Assembly (NCBI GenBank): GCA_963758525.1 | Contig: CAVWVQ010000003.1 | Location: 4,896,001 to 4,960,000, forward strand | Length of the DNA: 64,000 nucleotides | Reading direction: 5' to 3' | Source: an uncultured Phycisphaerales bacterium | GTDB lineage: Bacteria > Planctomycetota > Phycisphaerae > Tepidisphaerales > Tepidisphaeraceae | Shown here: positions 31,667 through 40,430 of the stretch, in pieces | How the letters are laid out: each line of letters starts with the position of its first letter | Numbering within the stretch: position 1 is the stretch's first letter | The notes under the pieces: model-generated | Databases searched by the model: none | What the model was told of the DNA's origin: nothing | Seen by the model: only the letters and a program-made list of their open reading frames with translations | Position numbers and translations under genes: made by a program

Positions 31667-33386
31667 TCAATCCGGCTTGCCCGCTGAATACATCTCCAAG
31701 ATCTCATCCGCCGAAAGTGGTTTCTTGAAGATTGCGATTTCATCAATCGACCCGGTGAACGTCGTGTCGAGGTGGTCGGTCTTATCCTTCCGCGAACCAA
31801 TGTAGACCGGCCCGGGAACGGAGAGCAGCCGCAGAGTCGCTTTCGTCTGATTGGTCAATTTGCCGTCGACGAAGAGACGCAGCGCTGCGGCTTTGGGATC
31901 ATAGACACAAGTGACCAGATGCCATGCATCCAAAGCCGAGATATCCACCGACACCAAGGGAGCGTTCTTCACAGGTTGGCTCTGATCGCGGATCCAAGCC
32001 CCCAGCTCTCCTCCGTCGGGCGGGAAACTGATCGCGTATTGCTCATGAAAACTGGATCCTCGGCAGATGATGCCGCCGCTGGCAGACCCGGTGGTGGCTG
32101 GTCTGATCCACGCGCAGATTGTGAAGGGCGCGAGTCTCGTCCGCCGCGGGAGAAGTCGAACGCCGGGTTAGCGGGGAGCGAAACATGTTGAGCCGTGCCG
32201 GGCAGAAACGTGAGAGCGCCCTTTCCGGGCCAGCGGCCGGTGGACCACTGCGGGCGGGCATTCGCGTCGCCATCCCCCAGCGCACCGTCCAGTGAGGAAC
32301 CGGCCGATGACCGATTCAGCAGGCGATCGGGAGCATCCGTGGAACGCTCGAATGTGTAATATGCGACCAGATCCGGGTCGTCGCGAAGGTGTTCGCTGTA
32401 GCCTCGCCATCGTACCAGCGCAGCGTCGGGCGGCGCCGCCTGCAGTCGATCGAAGTCCGTCTGCCTGAAATATGCGGCCGGGTTGGAATCGATTGCGGTG
32501 ATCAAATTGTCCGCGGAGATCCGCCGGGCTGAGCCCGCGCCCAGCAGCAGCGGCTTATCGTCGGCCTGGTTAGCGCGGGCCGACAGCGGCGAATTTGCCG
32601 AGAGCGAGACGGTTCCCTTGAACACGTCGACGTCGCTCAGCCCGTTCTCACGGACATTCACGCCGAACTCGGTGCCCAGGTCGACTACCGTTGCGCCAGG
32701 GCAAGTCACGGTGAATCCATGCGCGGCTGGGGGTACCACGGCGGTGAGCTTTCCGGAGAGCAGAGTCAGGGCGTTGCTTCCGTCTGCTTTCAACCGGGCC
32801 GGCGCTTCCACGACGACCTGGGCGCCCGTTTTGAATCGGATGCGCACAGACCCGAGGTGAGTTCGATTACGGTCGGCGGCATTTCGTCGCCGGTTTGCAG
32901 CGAAACTGGAGTCCCGCCCCATGAGGCGTCCACCGTGGCAACGAGGATGGGAGCGGATCGCCGAGTGAGAAGAAACGCAACGCCGATCGAAATCAGCACG
33001 AGTGCGGCAGCCGAAACCCAGGCAGGACGCCCACGCAACCAGCGAAAACGTGCCGTGAACTTTTCGCTGCGTCGGACGGGATGCTCGTCTTCCGCCGCGA
33101 CTTCGTCCGGCACCGCACCCGGCGCATCGACGAGGGCGGGAACAATCATGGCGTCGTTCAGATCGACGGTGTCCGGACCGGGTTCGGCGTCCGACGGCCC
33201 GATCGCGATCTGGTCGTAGAGCAGCGAGCTATGGAGTTCAATGTAAAGAAGGTAGCGGTCCCGGGCCTGCGGCTCAGACTTGAGGAGGAAATTCAGACGC
33301 TCCGTTCCGTCGGAGTCCAGCCGATCCTCCAGCAATTGCTCCAGGAGTGAATCCAATTCGGGATTTGGCGGAGCGAGGAAATTCAT
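31667..33386 (-). CDS. FecR-domain anti-sigma factor with C-terminal LamG (concanavalin-like) domain; two probable frameshifts
   Basis: Anti-sigma-like N-terminus, TM helix, VVDLGTEFGV, WHLVTCVYD...LFVDG...GSIDEIAIF; ATG overlaps the ECF stop. Confidence 0.8.
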
Positions 33387-33946
33387 GCCAGCTCCCCAGT
33401 AAGGGCCATCGACAGCGATCGCCGAATGCACTCGAGGAGCCCCTGACGGATCCGGCCCAGTGACTTGTACACCGAGTTTTGCGGCCGGCCGAGCTCCGCG
33501 GCTACTTTTTTGCCCGATTCCCCCGACATGTACCGCCGCAGGACCAGCTCGCGATCCTCCGCGCGTAACTTCGTGAGGCACGTCTGCAGCGCGTCACGGG
33601 CGTTATCCAGATGCTCCGTGCTTTCAATCGATCGTGCGGCCAATGTTTCCAGAACCTCCTCGTCCAGCGGGAAAGACTGACGCCGTGAGGATTTGCGATA
33701 ACTCAGCACCTGCAGGAACGCCACTCGCGCTGCCCATGCGTAAAAATCCGTGCCAGGCCGGAATTCCGAGAACCTGCGCCAGAGAACCAGATTGGTCTCC
33801 TGCAGCACGTCCTCTGCCGCATGGAGACGCGGGAGCAGGGTCAGGATGTAGCGAAACAGCCGGCGGTGGTGGGCCGCGAACAGCGCCATGAACTCCTCAG
33901 CATGGTCACCGCGGGGGAAAGGTGGATTGTCGCCTGGGAGAGCCAT
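33383..33946 (-). CDS. ECF sigma-70 factor (Planctomycetes/Verrucomicrobia type)
   Basis: AEDVLQETNLVLWRRF..F, F.AWA, region 4 VYKSLGRIR..L..CI. Confidence 0.9.
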   Translation of the reverse strand: MALPGDNPPFPRGDHAEEFMALFAAHHRRLFRYILTLLPRLHAAEDVLQETNLVLWRRFSEFRPGTDFYAWAARVAFLQVLSYRKSSRRQSFPLDEEVLETLAARSIESTEHLDNARDALQTCLTKLRAEDRELVLRRYMSGESGKKVAAELGRPQNSVYKSLGRIRQGLLECIRRSLSMALTGELA

Positions 33947-33961
33947 AGTCAGTTAATCAAG

Positions 33962-33985
33962 AATATCCGTGGCCGCCCGAATGTG
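33962..33985 (-). promoter_or_regulatory. Putative ECF promoter, copy 1 (upstream of the ECF gene)
   Basis: CACATTC-gggcggccac-GGATATT on the minus strand, 15 nt before the ATG. Confidence 0.7.
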
Positions 33986-34021
33986 CGTGCAAAAATATTT
34001 GGACAGAGCTCTTTTCCGACA

Positions 34022-34045
34022 CACATTCCAACTGGATGGGATATT
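34022..34045 (+). promoter_or_regulatory. Putative ECF promoter, copy 2 (upstream of the prepilin gene)
   Basis: CACATTC-caactggatg-GGATATT. Confidence 0.7.
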
Positions 34046-34082
34046 TATGTACGGAGGGGACCGCTTCTGTCCGGAGGTTGAT

Positions 34083-35285
34083 ATGCGGTGCGATGGCAAA
34101 CGATCTGCGGTCAGGAGTGATGTGACTCTCGGCGAGCGCCCTGCGGTGACTGGACGGAAACACGGTTTGACGCTCGTCGAGCTGCCTGTAGTGAGCAGAC
34201 TCAAACACTCTTCCCTTCGTGCCTCCGTGCCGCAGTTCACCCGCCGCGGCGGGTGCCTTCGTGCCTCTCCCCGTCACGGCTTTACGCTCGCGGAGCTGCT
34301 GGTGGTGATCGGGATCATTGCCCTGCTGATCGCCATCCTGCTTCCCGCGTTGTCCGCCGCGCGGCAGTCGGCGCAGACGGTGAAATGCGAGGCGCAGCTG
34401 CGAACCCTGGGGCAGGCGCTGATCATGCATGCCAATGAGCATCGGGGGTATATGCCGCTGGTTGGAAATATCAGCGTCGGTCCCGCGGGAGCGAAGAATG
34501 ACAATCCCAGGGATGTGGGCGACGGGGCGATGCAACGGTACGACTATTACCCCGACAGCCATGGGTTGATGCTGATGCCATTGCCCGACGCGCTGGCGCC
34601 TTACCTTGGCGCTTCGCAGGTCTCCAGCGACTGGCTGTCGATCGAGAATGCGATGATGACCGGCGTCTACCGCAGCGCCTTTCAATGCCCCACGGATGAG
34701 TACAACGAAATGCAGACGGTCATGTGGCCTGCGCCGCTGTGGATCAATAACCAGAACGGCAACACATTCGTGGGATGGTCGAGCTACGGCTACAACTCAG
34801 ACGTGTTTGGGTGGTACCAGGGGTATACCTGGAACCGCCTGCATGGAAACCTCGCGCGCATACCCAATCCTTCCGAGACAATGCTGCTGATGGACATCTC
34901 GCTGAGTAACGCTGTAGCCAACAAACAGCAAAGCCAGGGATCCCTGGAGATATGGACGACCATCGCAGAGTCGTCGCTGGCCGATGTTTACTACGAGGGC
35001 GGGCTCTCTCCGCAGGTTGGCTCCGTCAACAACAACGTGTTCGATCTTGTGCGGCATCGGGGTAAGGCCAACATCCTCTGCGCCGATGGGCATGTCGAGA
35101 GCGATCCGATTCTGGCGAACGGCGGAACAACGACGGGCGGCGCTGCGATCGGCGCCGGCGCGAATGTTCCCAGCGGATACGCTCCGGGGGCAAGCGCCGT
35201 CCCGGGCAAGCCCATTTCCGGCGGAGGCTCGCTTGCCGGGATCTCCTTCAATAAGAGTTTTGGAAAAGGTGGCGCGGGATCTTAG
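34083..35285 (+). CDS. Prepilin-type N-methylation / H-X9-DG (DUF1559-like) protein
   Basis: [36 protein letters not shown]....[17 protein letters not shown]. Confidence 0.9.
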   Translation: MRCDGKRSAVRSDVTLGERPAVTGRKHGLTLVELPVVSRLKHSSLRASVPQFTRRGGCLRASPRHGFTLAELLVVIGIIALLIAILLPALSAARQSAQTVKCEAQLRTLGQALIMHANEHRGYMPLVGNISVGPAGAKNDNPRDVGDGAMQRYDYYPDSHGLMLMPLPDALAPYLGASQVSSDWLSIENAMMTGVYRSAFQCPTDEYNEMQTVMWPAPLWINNQNGNTFVGWSSYGYNSDVFGWYQGYTWNRLHGNLARIPNPSETMLLMDISLSNAVANKQQSQGSLEIWTTIAESSLADVYYEGGLSPQVGSVNNNVFDLVRHRGKANILCADGHVESDPILANGGTTTGGAAIGAGANVPSGYAPGASAVPGKPISGGGSLAGISFNKSFGKGGAGS

Positions 35286-35286
35286 C

Positions 35287-35420
35287 AGGGTTCAGGGTGT
35301 CAGGGTTCAGGGTTCAGGAAAATGCAAGGGTGAAGAATAAAGAGTGCGTAGCGAAGTTTGCAATGGCTGCGCTCTTACTCTCCACCCTTCACTCTTTTCC
35401 ACTTCTGAACCCTGAACCCC
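35287..35420. repeat. Heptamer (GGGTTCA) repeats with an inverted partner
   Basis: AGGGTTCAGGGTGTCAGGGTTCAGGGTTCAGG ... CTGAACCCTGAACCC. Confidence 0.6.
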
Positions 35421-35448
35421 CCGACGCACCGATCAGCAGTGACTGGCT

Positions 35449-35967
35449 ATGGGTTTTCGCGAAGCATTAGAAAAGCATCCGCTCCTCGGCAGGGTCGTTG
35501 CCATCCTGTTCATCGGCCTATGTGCAGTGATCATTTTGCGCGAACTGCGGAGCTTTGACCTTTCTGGGCCGGCTCCAGTTGCCGCGGGCAAGGAATTCTA
35601 CAGCGACGATGACGGCAGGACCTGGTTCCTCGGTGACGGGATGGCGGGTTCTCCAATCGATCATAACGGCAAGCCAGCCTACCGTGCACTGGTCTATCGC
35701 TGTCCTGGCGGCAAGCCGTTTGTTGCATATCTCGCAAAGTATTCCGACGAGCAGCAGGCTCAAATCGCCCGCGATACTGCCAAACATCCGGGGCTCTCGC
35801 AGGCGCAGCTCGGGCCGATGGGGTCAATCAGGAAGCCCGGCGGGACAAAGTGGGTCGCAAATTCGTCGCCAGCGGTCACCGGCTATCCGTCCGTCCCATG
35901 TCCTGATGGGTCTGGGACCGCCAGCCCGGTCTCGCTAGCCGATCCCGATTCGGGCGCTGCGAATTGA
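35449..35967 (+). CDS. Hypothetical single-pass membrane protein
   Basis: N-terminal TM helix, FYSDDDGRTWF, YRC.GGKPFVAYL, second Cys near the C-terminus. Confidence 0.7.
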   Translation: MGFREALEKHPLLGRVVAILFIGLCAVIILRELRSFDLSGPAPVAAGKEFYSDDDGRTWFLGDGMAGSPIDHNGKPAYRALVYRCPGGKPFVAYLAKYSDEQQAQIARDTAKHPGLSQAQLGPMGSIRKPGGTKWVANSSPAVTGYPSVPCPDGSGTASPVSLADPDSGAAN

Positions 35968-35988
35968 GAAAAAATCTCTGCTGAAACA

Positions 35989-36012
35989 CACATTCTGACG
36001 GTGACGGATATT
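35989..36012 (+). promoter_or_regulatory. Putative ECF promoter, copy 3 (upstream of the PEP-CTERM gene)
   Basis: CACATTC-tgacggtgac-GGATATT. Confidence 0.7.
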
Positions 36013-36093
36013 TATCTGCAGCGGCGAGCGCATTGCGCAGTCATCGCGAGAGTGCGGCAGGAAAGATTACGCAGCAGAGAGCGGTGGAGAAAC

Positions 36094-39000
36094 ATGCAAA
36101 ATCGTAGCGAAGTCATCGGCAGACGAACTATCTCTCGTACACTCAGGCGCCGGCAGAAGGCAACCCGACGCATGCCGCTGGCAGCTGCCGCGGCGGCAGC
36201 ATTCGCCTCGGTCTTCCACTCCGGGATGGCCAAAGCGAACACTGCCGACAACGTCACCAACGGACAGTCCGACCTGGGTGCGTCGGGAACGTATGGAGGT
36301 GGGTCGCCCACCACTTCCAGCGATGTGACATTCACCAACGTTACCTACAGCCCAACAGCATTTACGCTAAACACCAACGCGGCCAACCTAAACATTGGCA
36401 CACTGGATGACTTGGACGCTACCCAGACGCTCACGATCCAAAACACGACCAGCGGCTCCACCACCACGATTACATTGAACGGCGGCTCCAATTCGACCGC
36501 TTCACCGGCGAACGCCGCTGACCTGCTTTATGTCGCCTCCGGCGGCACGCTCTCGATGGGTACGGCTGGGGCTGGCACCCTGGGTCTGGCGCTGGCATCC
36601 AGCGGGAACTTCGATGTTGCCGGCACCGCCAACGTCACTTCGGCCATCTCCGGCAGCGGCTTTGGCTTCACCAAGACCGGAGCGGGTTCGCTGACGCTCT
36701 CAGGCCCAAACACCTATACTGGCAATACCGGCGTCGCGATGGGGAATACGACCGGATTAAACACCTCCAGCATCCTCAATCTCTCCTATGCAGCGAACCA
36801 GACGAACATCATCAATAACGCCGCGAACAGCTCGGCCCTCATCCTTGGCGGCAGCCTGACTTCGGACGCGACTACTGTTCTCGGTGGAGGTCGATTGACC
36901 CTCACGGGCGTCGCCACCAGCACGAACACTCAGAGCTTCAATGGCATGACGGTCGGAACCGGCGGCAACAACATCGTCTTTGCGAACAATGCAACCGCGA
37001 ACACGATCGCCCTCAATGTGGGCGCCATCAGCCGGACTGTGGGCGGCACGCTGCACATCACGCAACCGACCGGCACGGTTTCGGCCTCGAACGGTGTGGC
37101 GACCACGACCGGCACGGCGAGCACGATCCTGACGGACGCGAACGGGACGGCCTACGCCACCGTCGGAGGAACCGCAGCGGCGGCGGGAGATTGGGCGGCA
37201 AAAGATTCGACCAACGGCTTCATTGTCGGCGGTTCGACGATTAGCGGTTTTTACACCACGGCGACTTCCGCGGCGACCTTCAGCGGAAATGCGGATGTGA
37301 CGACCGGATTCACCGCGACTGCCGGCACGACGGTCAACAGCATCCGGATGAACAACAACACGGCCCAAACGCTGAATATCAACAGTAGCGGCAATACGAC
37401 CGTGAGCACGGGCGGCATTCTCTTCGGATCGACGGGCAGCTCAGTCATCACCGGGACGGGCACTGCCAAGCTGATCGCAGGCGCTGGCAAAGAACTGGTT
37501 TTCATCAACACCAGCAACGGCGCGCCCCAGATTAGCGCAGTCATTGCAGATAGTGGTTCGGGTGCGAGCAGCGTCACCTACCGCGCTCTCCAGCTTACTT
37601 CGGGCAACGGACAGTTCGCTATCGGCAGCGCCGGCAACAGCTACACGGGTAATACCTACATCGAGAGTGGTCGCGTCGCAACGAGCGTCAGCACTGCGTT
37701 CGGCACCGGTGCCGGTGCAAACGTTTACATCGATGGAAACACCAACGGCCAAGCCTATCTTACCGGCGGCACGTTTGCCAACCACTTCTACCTCGTCGGC
37801 AACGGCTGGAATGAGACTAATGGCCCTTACGGAGCGCTTCGCCTTCAGGGCGCCACCGTCTCCGGTCAAGTCACTCTCCTCGGCAATGCCACGATCAGTG
37901 ATCAAGGCGGAACTGGAACCATCAGCGGGGTGATCGACGACGGCGGCAATGCCTACGCACTGACCGTCAATGGCGGCAACACGCTGAATCTCAACAACTC
38001 GAACACCTACACCGGCGGAACGACGATCATCGCGGGCACGCTGTCGTTGGGAAATAGCAGTGCGCTGGGTGCGGGCACGGTGACGTTTAACGGCGGCACA
38101 CTGGCGAACTCGGCGAACGTAACTCTTGCCAACAATCTCTCCACGACATCCAACACTGCCAACATCACTGCATCGGGTGGAACGATGGTTCTCAATGGAA
38201 ACACCACCGGGGCGAATGGCTTTAACTTGACGCCGACAAACAAGATTACCCTCGGCGGCACAAACAATATCACGAACACTGCGAGCGGCGGAGCAGGCCT
38301 GAGTATCACCGGCGGAGCTGGCGGCGTGGACATCACCGGATCGACGACGGTCGCTGGGACTGCGTCAACGAATAACGGATACTTAAGCGTGGCGGGAACC
38401 GTGACGCTGACAGTCCAGTCCGGCGGCTCGTTGACGGTTAATGGCACGACTTCCACAGTCCCCAACTCCATCGTTGGTCAGAATGCATCAGGCACGAGCA
38501 CGCTCGTGGTGAATGGGGGGACTTTGGGAATCGGGGGAAACACGGGCATAGCCTTCGGTAACAACCTCGCCGCCGCCACCGGCGTTCTCACAATCTCCTC
38601 CGGTACTGCGACGATCACAGCGGGCAGCACGACGTTGCAAAACGTCCAGAATTTCGTTGCGCTGGGTCGCGATGCCGCGACCGGCATCATCAATCTCGAT
38701 GGTGGCACTCTGGCAACGGGGCGCCAATTTGTCCGCGATGGCAGCAGCGGCGGCACGGCAGGCACGGGCGCGGCGACATTCAACTTCAACGGTGGCACGC
38801 TTCAAGCGCAGGCCGATCAGACTTCCGGCAATGGCTGGTTTGAAACGGCCACAACCGGCAATTTCCAAGTCGTCACGACCATCGTTAAGGCCGGCGGAGC
38901 GAAGATCGACACGAACAGCTTTACCACGAAGATCAACACGGTGCTCGCGCACGACGCTGGCCTCGGTGCCACCGCAGACGGCGGCCTTATCAAGAGCGGC

Positions 39001-39846
39001 TTGGGGACGTTGAGTCTCGGCGGCTCGAGCAGTTACACCGGCGCGACGACGATTACCGCAGGCACACTTGCCCTCAGCGGAAACTTTTCAAACAATATCG
39101 CCTCCTCTGCGGCGATCACCGTTGGCTCCGGCGCAACGCTCGACGTGACTGGACTGACCAATATCGCCGGCACGATCACCCTCGCAAGCGGGCAGAAGCT
39201 CGGGGGAATTGGCACGGTGAACGGGAAGACGATCGTGGCTTCCGGCAGCACGATCTCCGCCGGCACAAGCACCACTCTGGGCACCGGCGCGTCAAACACT
39301 ACTGGGACGCTCACCACAGGCAATGAGAAATTCGCCGCGGGCGGAACTTACGCCGTCAAGACCAACGACGTCACCGGCACTTCCGGAAACGCCACGGGGT
39401 GGGATGACATCTCGATGGCCACGCTCGACTCTTCAGCCTTGGGCTCCAGCACCACGTTCGCGGTCACTTTTACCAGTTCCGCATCACCGGCGGCGCATTT
39501 TGCCAACGCCAGCAACTACACATGGGTCATTGCCAACATCACCACCGGTTCGTTTCCCGTCAATACCCCGCTGGCTGTGACCAATAGCTCGGGGAACTCA
39601 ATCGGAACCACGGCCTCCAGCCTGTTTACCCTGGATACCAGTGCCTTCGTCGCCAGCAATCCGGTGTCCGGATCAGGCTCGTCGTTCTACCTGGAAGCGC
39701 TTGGCACTCAGGGCGGCAGCGAGACCCTGGAGATCGGCTACAACGCCACGCCCGAGCCGGGAACGGCCATGCTGATTCTCGCTGGCGCAATCCCGATGTT
39801 GACCGCTCGTCGCCGTCGCCGAGAGGCCGACCGACGGACAGCCTGA
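36094..39846 (+). CDS. Large PEP-CTERM surface protein with autotransporter-associated beta-strand repeats
   Basis: TKTGAGSLTLSGPNTYTG-type repeats; C-terminal TPEPGT + hydrophobic stretch + RRRRR. Confidence 0.9.
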   Translation: MQNRSEVIGRRTISRTLRRRQKATRRMPLAAAAAAAFASVFHSGMAKANTADNVTNGQSDLGASGTYGGGSPTTSSDVTFTNVTYSPTAFTLNTNAANLNIGTLDDLDATQTLTIQNTTSGSTTTITLNGGSNSTASPANAADLLYVASGGTLSMGTAGAGTLGLALASSGNFDVAGTANVTSAISGSGFGFTKTGAGSLTLSGPNTYTGNTGVAMGNTTGLNTSSILNLSYAANQTNIINNAANSSALILGGSLTSDATTVLGGGRLTLTGVATSTNTQSFNGMTVGTGGNNIVFANNATANTIALNVGAISRTVGGTLHITQPTGTVSASNGVATTTGTASTILTDANGTAYATVGGTAAAAGDWAAKDSTNGFIVGGSTISGFYTTATSAATFSGNADVTTGFTATAGTTVNSIRMNNNTAQTLNINSSGNTTVSTGGILFGSTGSSVITGTGTAKLIAGAGKELVFINTSNGAPQISAVIADSGSGASSVTYRALQLTSGNGQFAIGSAGNSYTGNTYIESGRVATSVSTAFGTGAGANVYIDGNTNGQAYLTGGTFANHFYLVGNGWNETNGPYGALRLQGATVSGQVTLLGNATISDQGGTGTISGVIDDGGNAYALTVNGGNTLNLNNSNTYTGGTTIIAGTLSLGNSSALGAGTVTFNGGTLANSANVTLANNLSTTSNTANITASGGTMVLNGNTTGANGFNLTPTNKITLGGTNNITNTASGGAGLSITGGAGGVDITGSTTVAGTASTNNGYLSVAGTVTLTVQSGGSLTVNGTTSTVPNSIVGQNASGTSTLVVNGGTLGIGGNTGIAFGNNLAAATGVLTISSGTATITAGSTTLQNVQNFVALGRDAATGIINLDGGTLATGRQFVRDGSSGGTAGTGAATFNFNGGTLQAQADQTSGNGWFETATTGNFQVVTTIVKAGGAKIDTNSFTTKINTVLAHDAGLGATADGGLIKSGLGTLSLGGSSSYTGATTITAGTLALSGNFSNNIASSAAITVGSGATLDVTGLTNIAGTITLASGQKLGGIGTVNGKTIVASGSTISAGTSTTLGTGASNTTGTLTTGNEKFAAGGTYAVKTNDVTGTSGNATGWDDISMATLDSSALGSSTTFAVTFTSSASPAAHFANASNYTWVIANITTGSFPVNTPLAVTNSSGNSIGTTASSLFTLDTSAFVASNPVSGSGSSFYLEALGTQGGSETLEIGYNATPEPGTAMLILAGAIPMLTARRRRREADRRTA

Positions 39847-39940
39847 AACGAACGGCCGGCGAATTGCTCAGATGCCCACCCGCCGAATCCCGCTCCTATC
39901 CGCCCGGATCACGAAAGTCAGGAAGCGCAACAGCTTCCCC

Positions 39941-40055
39941 GTGGCATGGGCGTCCCGCCCATGTAGAGTGCATTAAGAGTTGAACAAATCAGAATTTTGC
40001 TATCTGAATTTATTTTACCACTACGCAGCCAACATGGGCGAGACGCTCATTCCAC
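39941..40055. repeat. REP doublet (GTGGCATGGGCGTCCCGCCCATG type)
   Basis: Left copy at 39941; degenerate inverted copy CATGGGCGAGACGCTCATTCCAC near 40033-40055. Confidence 0.65.
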
Positions 40056-40430
40056 GCATGCCACGCATCTTCTAAAAGAGCGTCCCGCGGCGGGCCAAGG
40101 AGTTGCGTGCCGGATGCGACATGCGACGCTGCAAAATCTGTCGCGCGATGTCGCAGGAGTCAGAAGAAAGAAGCAAGAAGAGCATGGGTCTGCGCCGCCT
40201 TGCGCGGATCAGTTCCGACGGAGAATTCGTCGGCTTTGGGAAACTCACCATCAAGGTGAAATCGCCCCTTCCTGTAAAAAGATGTCAAACAATGTAAAGC
40301 GGAATGAAAATGGGGAACAGAAAACATCTAAAATGGAAGCGGCGCGCGGGGGAACGGGCCCGTGCAATCGCGATGCGGAAAAACTCGTGCAAGCCGTGAA
40401 CGAGCAATGGAGGCTACACTACCTCACGTC

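Noticed and set aside
36094..39846. Classical type V autotransporter
   Set aside because: Ends in a PEP-CTERM sorting signal, not a beta-barrel
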